Below, in pieces: positions 37,232-45,540 of a DNA stretch of 64,000 bases. Below the pieces are notes generated by a model. That model did not search any database. It saw only the letters and a list, made by a program, of their open reading frames with translations, and was not told the DNA's origin. How positions within the stretch are numbered: the stretch's first letter is position 1; the number at the start of each line of letters is the position of its first letter. A program made the translations under genes and the position numbers. The stretch is from positions 43,570 to 107,569 of the forward strand of contig CAZASC010000001.1 of NCBI GenBank assembly GCA_964487695.1, in the 5' to 3' direction. Origin of the DNA: an uncultured Victivallales bacterium. Its GTDB lineage: Bacteria > Verrucomicrobiota > Kiritimatiellia > UBA8416 > CAZASC01.

Positions 37232-37477
37232 ACTGTCAGCGCGTGAAAGTATGGGAAAGATTGCGCGTTGTCAAACTTCAAGGCGCTTGTTTGCAATTTT
37301 CCCGCGCATTGTATGAAGTTGTGTTGTGACGGGAGTGTTCCAATTCTACATCAACCTTACAGGCATTATTATGCAAAGTAGATCTGTGGAGATGGCAGGC
37401 ATGTTCATTTCCCGCAAATTGGGATCCACCCATCCGTCACCTGCTCGAGACCGAGGCTTGATTAATGCCGCACCCAG

Positions 37478-38218
37478 TCACACGTCAAGAGTGCCTTCCG
37501 GTTTTCCGGTGTCCGGAACGACGTTTAGTTTGCACAGAGCTTGCATTGCGGCATGAGTTTCGGCTTCACGCTTGCTGCTTCCGGTTCCAATCCCGCAAGT
37601 GCCGCCTGGTAAATCCACGGCCACAGTGAAAACTGCGGCATGAGGCGGTCCGTGTTTCTCGACAAAACGATAGCGAGGACCGGTCTTCCATTTCCGCTGA
37701 GCATATTCCTGCAGCCGCCCCTTCGGATTATCGGCCCACACATCGCCGGTAAGACTCTCTATTCTTGGGATAAACAGTTTTTTGAATATCTTCTGGAGGG
37801 CCTTCAAGCCGCCGTCAAAATATGCGGCGGCGATGAGAGCTTCAAGCCCATCGGCCAGATTTGACGGGCGTTCCCTACCGCCGGACTGCTCCTCACCCCT
37901 GCCCATCTTTAGAAATTTGCCGAGTTGCGCTTCAGCAGCCACCTCAGCCAGGACCTTGCCGCTGGTTGTCTGACTTCGCAGGCTCGTAAGGAAGCCCTCA
38001 TCCTTGTCGTCGAACTTCTCGTACAAATGAGCGGCTATCACGAAGCCGAGGATTGCGTCACCGAGAAACTCCAGCCGCTGATTGTCGGTTGTTATGTCAT
38101 CGTTCTCGAACCTGAACGAACGGTGCATCAACGCGGCTTCGAGTAGCTTGCGCTTACGGAATTTATATCCAATCGCCTTTTCCAGCTCCCTGTACGGACT
38201 TCTGGTATAACCCATCAT
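37478..38218 (-). CDS. rnc: ribonuclease III
   Basis: The signature NQRLEFLGDAILG is present, with a C-terminal dsRBD (GPPHAAVFTVAV...GSSKREAE). Confidence 0.95.
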   Translation of the reverse strand: MMGYTRSPYRELEKAIGYKFRKRKLLEAALMHRSFRFENDDITTDNQRLEFLGDAILGFVIAAHLYEKFDDKDEGFLTSLRSQTTSGKVLAEVAAEAQLGKFLKMGRGEEQSGGRERPSNLADGLEALIAAAYFDGGLKALQKIFKKLFIPRIESLTGDVWADNPKGRLQEYAQRKWKTGPRYRFVEKHGPPHAAVFTVAVDLPGGTCGIGTGSSKREAETHAAMQALCKLNVVPDTGKPEGTLDV

Positions 38219-38232
38219 GTTTCATTCTCCAT

Positions 38233-39120
38233 TTATGCGCGGGGATGATACTGGGCGTGAATCGCTCTTAATCGTCCCTGATCAACGTGAGTATAAATCT
38301 GGGTTGTGGCAATATCAGCATGACCCAGCATTTCCTGGATCACCCGCAAAGGCGCACCGTTTGCAAGCAAATGACTGGCAAAAGAATGACGCAATGTGTG
38401 AGGCGACACATTCTTCTCGATTCCGGCCCTTTTTGCGTAGGCCTTTATCAGCTTCCATATCCCCTTCCGGGAAAACTTCCTGCCTCGATATGTCAAAAAC
38501 ACCTGTGGATCAACCTTTTCCTTCGCAAAATCCGGACGGGCATCATTCATGTATCTCTGGAGTTTTGCTCTGGACTTCTCGCCAAACGGCACTACCCGCA
38601 CCTTGCTCCCCTTCCCCATGCAACGCAAATAGCCTGAGTCAAAATGAATATCTTCCAGCTTGAGCTCGGCGACTTCAGAGACTCTCAACCCGGACGCGTA
38701 GAACAATTCCAGCATGGCGTTGTCGCGAATAGAGATCCGATCGTTGCCCGCCGGCGCTTCCAGCAATCTGTCCACTTCCTTCATGGAAAGAACGCCTGGA
38801 AGCACTTTCCAGAGTTTTGGGGAATCCATGACCTCAACAACATTACGATCCAGCATGCCTTCCCTCTGAAGAAACGCAAAGAATACACGCAATGCGACCA
38901 AGCGCCTCGATATCGAGTTGACACTAAGCCCCCGCTCTTTTTCGGCCATAAGGAAATCGAGCACATGTTTGCGGGTGACATCGTTGAAGGAACGAACCTC
39001 GCGCCCTTCCGAAAAACGCGAAAAGGCCTTCAAATCCGCCATGTAGGCTTTGCGAGTGTTTCCGCTCAAGCCCCGTTCAAGGGATACATGGTCGAGAAAC
39101 TGATCAATCAGTGCGTTCAT
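38233..39120 (-). CDS. xerD: site-specific tyrosine recombinase XerD
   Basis: It has the RHSFASHLL...LGHADIATTQIYTHV catalytic box, and the C-terminal QYHPRA matches the XerD tail. Confidence 0.85.
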   Translation of the reverse strand: MNALIDQFLDHVSLERGLSGNTRKAYMADLKAFSRFSEGREVRSFNDVTRKHVLDFLMAEKERGLSVNSISRRLVALRVFFAFLQREGMLDRNVVEVMDSPKLWKVLPGVLSMKEVDRLLEAPAGNDRISIRDNAMLELFYASGLRVSEVAELKLEDIHFDSGYLRCMGKGSKVRVVPFGEKSRAKLQRYMNDARPDFAKEKVDPQVFLTYRGRKFSRKGIWKLIKAYAKRAGIEKNVSPHTLRHSFASHLLANGAPLRVIQEMLGHADIATTQIYTHVDQGRLRAIHAQYHPRA

Positions 39121-39189
39121 CAGACCATCGGCGATTCATAAAAGAAACAGGTTTCGGCGCCTTCTGTCGTTAAGGACAGTCTAAAACTA

Positions 39190-39600
39190 TCACGGCGCCA
39201 AGTTGATTTTAATCTGGTCCTGAGTACTGAGCGATGACGAAATAAATTGAGATGGCGCTACCTTATCGGAGAAGCAATCCGGTGGCAGCTTCTTTCTTGC
39301 CTCTTCGTTTGCGGGTACTTTGTTCGCGGTAAAACCAACATCCGCAATCGCAAATTCTATATTTTTCAAGGAAAGCACCAGACTTTCGTAGGTGACAGTG
39401 ACTGTACGGTGCTCCATATCCATGACAGTCTTGTCTGGCTGGACTCCCTGAATGGCTGCCACCGCCTTTGCAACAATATCAGCGCAGGACTGGTTCTTCA
39501 TATCGGGGACGTAAATCTCAATTGTTCGCACATCCTGCATCCTGCATGATGCGCCAAGCAGAATTACCAGACATAAACCAAACAATGTTCGTAATCTCAT
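39190..39600 (-). CDS. lipoprotein with a heavy-metal-associated-like (ferredoxin-fold) domain
   Basis: The lipobox is LLGASC. The stretch IEIYVPDMKNQSCADIVAKAV...VTVTY resembles an HMA domain but has only one Cys where CxxC is expected. Confidence 0.45.
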   Translation of the reverse strand: MRLRTLFGLCLVILLGASCRMQDVRTIEIYVPDMKNQSCADIVAKAVAAIQGVQPDKTVMDMEHRTVTVTYESLVLSLKNIEFAIADVGFTANKVPANEEARKKLPPDCFSDKVAPSQFISSSLSTQDQIKINLAP

Positions 39601-39813
39601 ATCGCTTAGAGGCTAACAAAACTCCGATCAACGTTTCAATTCAAAAGTGAAGCTACCCGCCCAAAGGGCGGGGCTTCTCAGCGGAACTCCGCCGTAGCAT
39701 ATCAGATACCCCCCACGTTCTTATTTTCTAAATCTGTCGTGTAATTCTTGCATTCCTCTGGCGCGTTTGCCATAGTTACCCGCTTTTCACAAACAGAAGG
39801 AGCAATAATAGAA

Positions 39814-41901
39814 ATGCCAAGGACAGTACCATTATCGAGAATTAGAAACATCGGCATCATGGCTCACATTGACGCCGGTAAAACAACCTGCAGCGAGCGA
39901 ATCCTCTTCTATGCCGGTAAGACCCACAAAATTGGCGAAGTCCATGACGGAGCAACCGTTCTCGACTGGATGCCACAGGAGCGCGAAAGAGGCATAACCA
40001 TAACATCCGCTGCAACGAGTTTCACGTGGAAGGACCATCAAATATCGTTGATTGACACTCCCGGCCATGTTGACTTCACAGTCGAAGTCGAACGCAGCCT
40101 GCGGGTGCTCGACGGCGCGATAGCGCTCTTCTGCGCGGTCGGTGGCGTTGAGCCACAATCCGAAAAAGTGTGGCAGCAAAGCGAGAAGTACAATGTGCCG
40201 AAGATAGCGTTCGTCAATAAAATGGATCGTGTCGGCGCCGATTTTTTTGCCGTTATAGGAGAGATCCAGAGGGACCTTGGTGCAAATATTGTGCCGGTCG
40301 TAATTCCGATAGGCAAGGAAGAGAACTTTCGGGGCATCATCGACCTGATGGCGATGAAAGCCGTTTTTTACGATGATGATTCTCAGGGACAAAAATATCA
40401 CGAAGAAGACATTCCAGCCGATAAACTTGAGGAGGCCAGGAAATGGCGCGCCAATCTTGTGGAAAAATGCGCCGAACAGGACGACGGACTCCTCGAGAAG
40501 TTCCTCGAAACTGGCGAGCTGACTCAGGCGGAAATTCTCACAATACTGCGCAAGGCTACGATTGCAAGGCGCGTCGTTCCAGCTTACTGCGGTTCGGCAT
40601 TCAAGAACAAAGGCGTTCAACATGTGCTTGACGGCGTTGTGAGTTGCCTGCCTTCGCCACTCGACGTGCCTGCTGTGATATGTGCCAGAGAGGCAGAGGC
40701 CAACAAGAGACCGCCATCCGATGACGCTCCCTTTTCGGCGCTCGCGTTCAAAATTATGGCCGACAAACACATGGGCAAACTCACTTACATTAGAATCTAT
40801 TCGGGTTCCGTGAAGTCCGGCCAATCCGTCCTGAACAGCACGAGGGAGAAGACTCAAAGAATGGGCCGGCTCCTGCGTATGCACGCAAACCGCCAGGAGA
40901 CGATTGACGAAGCCTTTACCGGCGACATCGTTGCGGTGCCCGGCCTCACAGAAACGAAGACCGGCGACACGCTTTGCTCTGAGGACCATCCGATTCGACT
41001 GGATGCCATTGAATTCCCTGCCCCAGTTGTCTCGATCAGCATTGCTCCTGACAGCACAGCTGATAACGAGAAGCTCGGCGAAGCGCTTCACCGACTGGCC
41101 GATGAAGATCCAACCTTTACCGTCAGCTTCGATGACGAGACAAAGGAAACCATCATTTCGGGCATGGGCGAACTTCATCTTGAAATCATTGTTGACAGGC
41201 TCAAGCGCGAATTTAACGTGGCAGCGCAAGTCGGACGACCGGAAGTTGCCTATCGCGAGACCGGCACAGGATCGGTTGAAGGTCAGTACAAGCACATCAA
41301 GCAGTCAGGCGGACGAGGGCAGTATGCCGATGTCCGGCTGCGGCTTGAACCTCTGAATGTGGGCGGCGGATTTGAATTCGTCAACGACGTGGTTGGCGGA
41401 AGAATCCCTACGCAGTTCATACCGTCCGTCGAGAAAGGCGTCATCAAGGCCATGCGCTCTGGCTCGTATGCCGGCTATCCTGTAGTTGACATGCGTGTGA
41501 CACTTTATGACGGAACGTTCCATGATGTTGACTCCAGTGACTTCGCATTTCAGGAAGCTGGTCGCGCAGGTTTCAAGGAATTATTCATCAAGACTAATCC
41601 TGAACTTCTTGAACCAGTGATGTCGGTGGAAGTTGTGGTTCCTGAGGACTTTATGGGCCCTGCGACAGGCTCAATCTGCCAGCGCCGCGGACGAATCGAA
41701 ACCATAGAGAACAAGGGTGGATACAAAATAATCCAGGCAATGGTGCCGCTGAGCGAAATGTTCGGCTATGCAGGTCAAATCCGCACAGTCACACAAGGGC
41801 GCGGAAACTTCAGCATGCAATTCGAGCGTTACGAAGCAGTCCCGCTCGCCCTCGCAGAAACGATAATCGAAAAACGCCGCAAAGAGAACAAGATCAAGTA
41901 G
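39814..41901 (+). CDS. fusA: translation elongation factor G
   Basis: Motifs are [24 protein letters not shown] and NKMD. ATG 39814 has a GAAGGAG RBS; the track's TTG 39748 is unlikely. Confidence 0.95.
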   Translation: MPRTVPLSRIRNIGIMAHIDAGKTTCSERILFYAGKTHKIGEVHDGATVLDWMPQERERGITITSAATSFTWKDHQISLIDTPGHVDFTVEVERSLRVLDGAIALFCAVGGVEPQSEKVWQQSEKYNVPKIAFVNKMDRVGADFFAVIGEIQRDLGANIVPVVIPIGKEENFRGIIDLMAMKAVFYDDDSQGQKYHEEDIPADKLEEARKWRANLVEKCAEQDDGLLEKFLETGELTQAEILTILRKATIARRVVPAYCGSAFKNKGVQHVLDGVVSCLPSPLDVPAVICAREAEANKRPPSDDAPFSALAFKIMADKHMGKLTYIRIYSGSVKSGQSVLNSTREKTQRMGRLLRMHANRQETIDEAFTGDIVAVPGLTETKTGDTLCSEDHPIRLDAIEFPAPVVSISIAPDSTADNEKLGEALHRLADEDPTFTVSFDDETKETIISGMGELHLEIIVDRLKREFNVAAQVGRPEVAYRETGTGSVEGQYKHIKQSGGRGQYADVRLRLEPLNVGGGFEFVNDVVGGRIPTQFIPSVEKGVIKAMRSGSYAGYPVVDMRVTLYDGTFHDVDSSDFAFQEAGRAGFKELFIKTNPELLEPVMSVEVVVPEDFMGPATGSICQRRGRIETIENKGGYKIIQAMVPLSEMFGYAGQIRTVTQGRGNFSMQFERYEAVPLALAETIIEKRRKENKIK

Positions 41902-41910
41902 AACTTGCCG

Positions 41911-41950
41911 GCGCTGCTGGTTGCCATGCGGATAACCAGCAGCGCTATTT
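41911..41950 (+). terminator. intrinsic terminator after fusA
   Basis: A 12-bp perfect stem GCGCTGCTGGTT/AACCAGCAGCGC (41911-41922 and 41934-41945) has an 11-nt loop and is followed by TATTT. Confidence 0.6.
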
Positions 41951-41996
41951 ACCCTTCTGGCTTGATCGCGCCGCCCCGCTGTGCGACCCTAGCCAA

Positions 41997-43391
41997 GTGA
42001 GAATCGGATGGAAAACGAGAATCGCAATACTTCTTTTTGTGATGTTTGCGCTAATAACTATTCACGTAATTCTTCCGTGGGCGGCAACAAAGTGTGCACC
42101 ATGGCCGGCGCGATTGTCGAACGTACGGCTTGATCCGTTGCGTCCACCACTGCGAGGCTGTGACGTCAAGCCTGACAACGCTTTCTACTTCATCCGCCAA
42201 GTCCATAATATCACAACAGGATTCCCGGCAGCCGACTGGACAAACTTTGAGCAGACCGGATTAGTTGAAGGAAGCTACACCAATCTATCGGCATGGTTTG
42301 AATTGAACTCCACCAACATCAGCCTCCTCCAGAAAGCTTCATTGGTGGACACCTGTCAGGTGGCTACCTGTGTCTCATTTGAAACACCTTTGACTTACCT
42401 CCAGCCGCTTCGGGCGCTTTCCAGAACATTGTGTTTTAACGCTGAAGCGACGGCGTCTACAAATGACTGGCTGGAAGCTTTCAAATCATGGAGAACCGTT
42501 CTAATTGCCAATGCCCATGTCAGCCGTGGCGGGCCATTGCTAAATCAAGTCCTGATGTACGCTGACATCGGCATTTGCTGCGAAAGCATTAGACGGATCG
42601 CGTTAACGACTGGAATACCAATAACTGAATCCCGCCAATTGCTGCCCCTTCTCGAAAGCACTGACAATGACATGGAGCCCTTTTCAGAATCTCTGCGGTA
42701 TGAACGTTTAGTCGTCCAGGACTTCATACCGAAAGTCTATCAGGAAGGAGCATCCGCATTCTATATCTTTACCGGTGAGAAGAAAAAGCCTGTCATCTGG
42801 TACAAACGTCTTGACAATATTATAAGATCAGCCTTCCCAGAGAGGATGGGGAGTTCAGTTTCAATCACAAGCAATCATATTGACGATATTTATTCTCGGA
42901 TAATTGACATTGAGAGCAATCCGAACTGCACCTCACGCTTTGGGAAAGAGATCGTGACATTTTTTCAGTACAAGAGCGCAATAACATTCTTCAACGATCC
43001 ACGAGGTCGCATAATCGCTCGCTTAACAATTCCGGCACTTTCCCCTTCTGCATACAATCGCTTCTTGAGAGCCAACACGGAACTCCGGACGACAAGAATA
43101 CATTTGGCAGTTCAGCTTTACAGAAAGGATCACAATGGGGAAATTCCGGACAACCTGCAGGTTCTGGTTCCAAGCTATCTGCCCGACATCCCTAATGATC
43201 CGTTTACAGAGAATTCGAATATGAGCTATCGTGTTTCGAACGGCGTCTGGACTGTTTACAGCGTCGGCCCGGATCAAAAGGATGACCATGGCAACTTCAA
43301 TTACTCAACCAACCGCTATGATCAAGCTGATATCTGCTATCCGTCAGATGAGTATCAGCGCAAGCTTCAGAAGTTCAGAGATTCCCACTGA
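41997..43391 (+). CDS. hypothetical membrane-anchored protein with a pseudopilin (GspG)-like C-terminal region
   Basis: It starts at GTG and has an N-terminal TM helix (IAILLFVMFALITIHVILPW). The C-terminus, LVPSYLPDIPNDPF...YRVSNGVWTVYSVGPDQKDDHG, resembles the globular end of GspG-like proteins. There is no prepilin cleavage motif. Confidence 0.5.
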   Translation: MRIGWKTRIAILLFVMFALITIHVILPWAATKCAPWPARLSNVRLDPLRPPLRGCDVKPDNAFYFIRQVHNITTGFPAADWTNFEQTGLVEGSYTNLSAWFELNSTNISLLQKASLVDTCQVATCVSFETPLTYLQPLRALSRTLCFNAEATASTNDWLEAFKSWRTVLIANAHVSRGGPLLNQVLMYADIGICCESIRRIALTTGIPITESRQLLPLLESTDNDMEPFSESLRYERLVVQDFIPKVYQEGASAFYIFTGEKKKPVIWYKRLDNIIRSAFPERMGSSVSITSNHIDDIYSRIIDIESNPNCTSRFGKEIVTFFQYKSAITFFNDPRGRIIARLTIPALSPSAYNRFLRANTELRTTRIHLAVQLYRKDHNGEIPDNLQVLVPSYLPDIPNDPFTENSNMSYRVSNGVWTVYSVGPDQKDDHGNFNYSTNRYDQADICYPSDEYQRKLQKFRDSH

Positions 43392-44286
43392 CCTTGTGGC
43401 ATTTCAGTTTGGATGCTACGAAATGCTTGGCGTGATTCACCGCAGTCGGCAACTTCTCGCCGCAGGCGAGAAAAGCGGTCAGTGCCGCGGAAAACATGCA
43501 GCCGGTGCCATGAGTCTTTACGCCAGTTACGCGCGGCAATGAGAAAAGTTTGGTCGCCTTTCCATCGTACAGAACATCTGTCACAGATTGTCGATTGTTG
43601 ATTGCCGATTGCCGATTGATCTCCGAACCCTGCTCGCCTACTTGAGACCTCTTCTCTCTGAACACTGAACGCTGAACACTGAACACTTTTCCCAAATGCC
43701 CGCCTTTGACGACACATGCCGCGCCGAATCTCTCGCCAATTGCGCGGGCCGCTACCTGCATATCTTCGACTGAGCGAATCGGACATCCCCAGAGAAGCTG
43801 AGATTCATCGAGATTAGGAGTTATGACAGTGGCCAGAGGTAGCAATTCCGAACAAAGCGCTTTCATTGCATCTTGCTTGAGAAGCCTCGCCCCTGATGTT
43901 GCCACCATGACCGGATCAACTATCAGATTCTTCAGTTTCTGCGTTCTCAACTCCTTCGCGACGGCTGTGATTATTGGCGCGGAGAAAAGCATTCCCGTCT
44001 TTGCAGCCGCGACAGGAAAGAATTCACAGACCGTCCTGATTTGAAGAGCAACCATTCGTGGCGAAATCGGCTCAATGCCAGCCACTTCGTCGGGATTCTG
44101 GGCGGTAATGCAGGTAATAGCTGTTGTGCCAACAACCCGGAGATTTGCGAATGTCTTGAGATCGGCTTGTATGCCTGCCCCGCCGCCGCTGTCAGAGCCG
44201 GCGATGGACATTACAACCGGGAATTTCCCTGCCGCAGGGATTTCTGATTTCCGATTTCTGATTTCTGACGACCGAACACTAAACAC
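43375..44286 (-). CDS. thiD: hydroxymethylpyrimidine/phosphomethylpyrimidine kinase carrying an in-frame repeat-derived insertion
   Basis: Motifs are IAGSDSGGGAGIQADLKTF, KGGHL and THGTGCMFSAAL. The start is uncertain: GTG 44286 lies inside the heptamer repeat, ATG 44211 gives MSIAGSD, and the track's ATG 44364 overlaps argG by 65 nt. Confidence 0.8.
   Translation of the reverse strand: MFSVRSSEIRNRKSEIPAAGKFPVVMSIAGSDSGGGAGIQADLKTFANLRVVGTTAITCITAQNPDEVAGIEPISPRMVALQIRTVCEFFPVAAAKTGMLFSAPIITAVAKELRTQKLKNLIVDPVMVATSGARLLKQDAMKALCSELLPLATVITPNLDESQLLWGCPIRSVEDMQVAARAIGERFGAACVVKGGHLGKVFSVQRSVFREKRSQVGEQGSEINRQSAINNRQSVTDVLYDGKATKLFSLPRVTGVKTHGTGCMFSAALTAFLACGEKLPTAVNHAKHFVASKLKCHKVSGNL
43586..43686. 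repeat. composite heptanucleotide tandem-repeat element inside thiD
   Basis: On the plus strand: GATTGTC GATTGTT GATTGCC GATTGCC GATTGAT (43586-43620), a 38-nt spacer, then TGAACAC TGAACGC TGAACAC TGAACAC (43659-43686). Confidence 0.85.
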
Positions 44287-44296
44287 TGAACACTGA
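44239..44296. repeat. composite heptanucleotide tandem-repeat element at the argG/thiD junction
   Basis: On the plus strand, eight consecutive 7-mers: GATTTCT GATTTCC GATTTCT GATTTCT GACGACC GAACACT AAACACT GAACACT. It shares the GAACAC(T) unit with the intragenic element. Confidence 0.85.
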
Positions 44297-44299
44297 CCT

Positions 44300-45535
44300 C
44301 TATCGCTTCCTGATCTGGCCCGCCTTGGCAAGCGATTTAGCCTCGACGCTCTGAACTTCGACATAACCTTGCGAACTTCGAGGATTAAGCCCTTTGCTGG
44401 CTTCCATTGAGGAGTCGGCCTCGTTGTACAGCGACGCCGCGCAATCTCTCAAACCGTTGAAGTAGATATTGCCTTTGTAAAGCCCAACACTCACAACTCC
44501 ACTCGCGTATTTCGCCATAACATCCACCGCGGCAAAAGCGGCGGTTGTTGCCGGATCGAAATATCGCGCGCCATAAACCTGCCATGCGATCAGTCTCGAC
44601 AGCGATTTAAAGAGTTCCGTGCAGGTTCGGTCCATCGTGGCGTGGTAGAGCTGCTGGAGGCAATGCGCCAGAAGTTCCATGCCCGGCGCCTCGTAAACTC
44701 CCCTGCTCTTCGTACCAATTATCCGGTTCTCAAGCGCATTTTTGATCCCGATACCGTTGCGACCGCCGATCTTGTTGGCCATTTGCATCGCCGTCAGCGT
44801 CGAAACTTTCCTGCCATTTATTTCGACTGCATATCCATTCTTGAAGCGAACCGTGAACTTTTCGATCTTGTCCGGCGCTTTACCTGGCCAGATGCCCATT
44901 TGCGGCTCCACTATAGTCATTGGCGTTTCTATGCTCTCAAGATCAAGCGCCTCGTACGAGATGCCGGCCAGATTGGCGTCTGTCGAATACCTCTTTTGGC
45001 CGCCGACAAACGCCTGTATTCCCTGCTTTCGGAGATATTCCACCATTTCAGTCCTGCCGGGGAATTCCTTGAGCATGGCCGCATCGCGCCACGGAGCATA
45101 AACATTCATTTCCGGGGCTAATGCGTTGGTGTAGCGTTCGAACCTGACCTGATCATTCCCCCTGCCCGTCGCGCCATGTGCGAGGACTGTGCAGCCGTGC
45201 TTCTTCATCACAGGCAACAGTCCTTTGACGGTTACGGCACGAGCGATACCGGTCGAGTTCCAGTATCCGCCATCGTACATGGCCTGCGCCTTGATCATTT
45301 CAAAGCAGGCTTCGGCCATCTCGTTCTTGAGGTCAACGATGACGGTGTGCGCCCCGCAGGGCGCCATCCGTTTCGCTACATCTTTGATGTTCTTTTCATC
45401 GGGCTGACCGAGGTCGGCGGTGAAGCACATTACGTCAACGCCGAGATCGGCGAGCTTTCTCGTCACGGTCTTGCTGTCGAGCCCGCCGGAAACGCAAATG
45501 CCGACTTTCTCGTTCTTCAAGTCCTCTATCGTCAT
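44300..45535 (-). CDS. argG: argininosuccinate synthase
   Basis: It has VGICVSGGLDSKT (PP-loop) and HGATGRGNDQVRFE. ATG 45535 lies 5 nt after the argD stop; the track's TTG 45613 would overlap argD. Confidence 0.9.
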   Translation of the reverse strand: MTIEDLKNEKVGICVSGGLDSKTVTRKLADLGVDVMCFTADLGQPDEKNIKDVAKRMAPCGAHTVIVDLKNEMAEACFEMIKAQAMYDGGYWNSTGIARAVTVKGLLPVMKKHGCTVLAHGATGRGNDQVRFERYTNALAPEMNVYAPWRDAAMLKEFPGRTEMVEYLRKQGIQAFVGGQKRYSTDANLAGISYEALDLESIETPMTIVEPQMGIWPGKAPDKIEKFTVRFKNGYAVEINGRKVSTLTAMQMANKIGGRNGIGIKNALENRIIGTKSRGVYEAPGMELLAHCLQQLYHATMDRTCTELFKSLSRLIAWQVYGARYFDPATTAAFAAVDVMAKYASGVVSVGLYKGNIYFNGLRDCAASLYNEADSSMEASKGLNPRSSQGYVEVQSVEAKSLAKAGQIRKR

Positions 45536-45540
45536 TCGAT

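Noticed and set aside
38233-39120. Tyrosine recombinase near tRNA-Lys as the integrase of a genomic island
   Set aside because: The protein has the XerD-specific C-terminus (..HPRA) and sits among housekeeping genes (rnc, lpxL-like). I found no tRNA-fragment direct repeat.
39190-39600. HMA-domain lipoprotein as a copper or mercury chaperone
   Set aside because: The metal-binding CxxC is absent (only one Cys, in MKNQSCADIV), so I make only a fold-level call.
39832-41295. 487-aa ORF on the minus strand
   Set aside because: It is entirely antisense to the highly conserved fusA gene. It has no recognisable motifs and is a typical shadow ORF.
43586-44296. Heptamer repeat tracts as a possible CRISPR array
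   Set aside because: The units are 7 nt, directly tandem with no spacers, and no cas genes are present. They are simple tandem repeats.
44212-44299. TPP riboswitch upstream of thiD
   Set aside because: The junction is under 90 nt and consists of heptamer repeats. I found no THI-box-like CUGAGA element.
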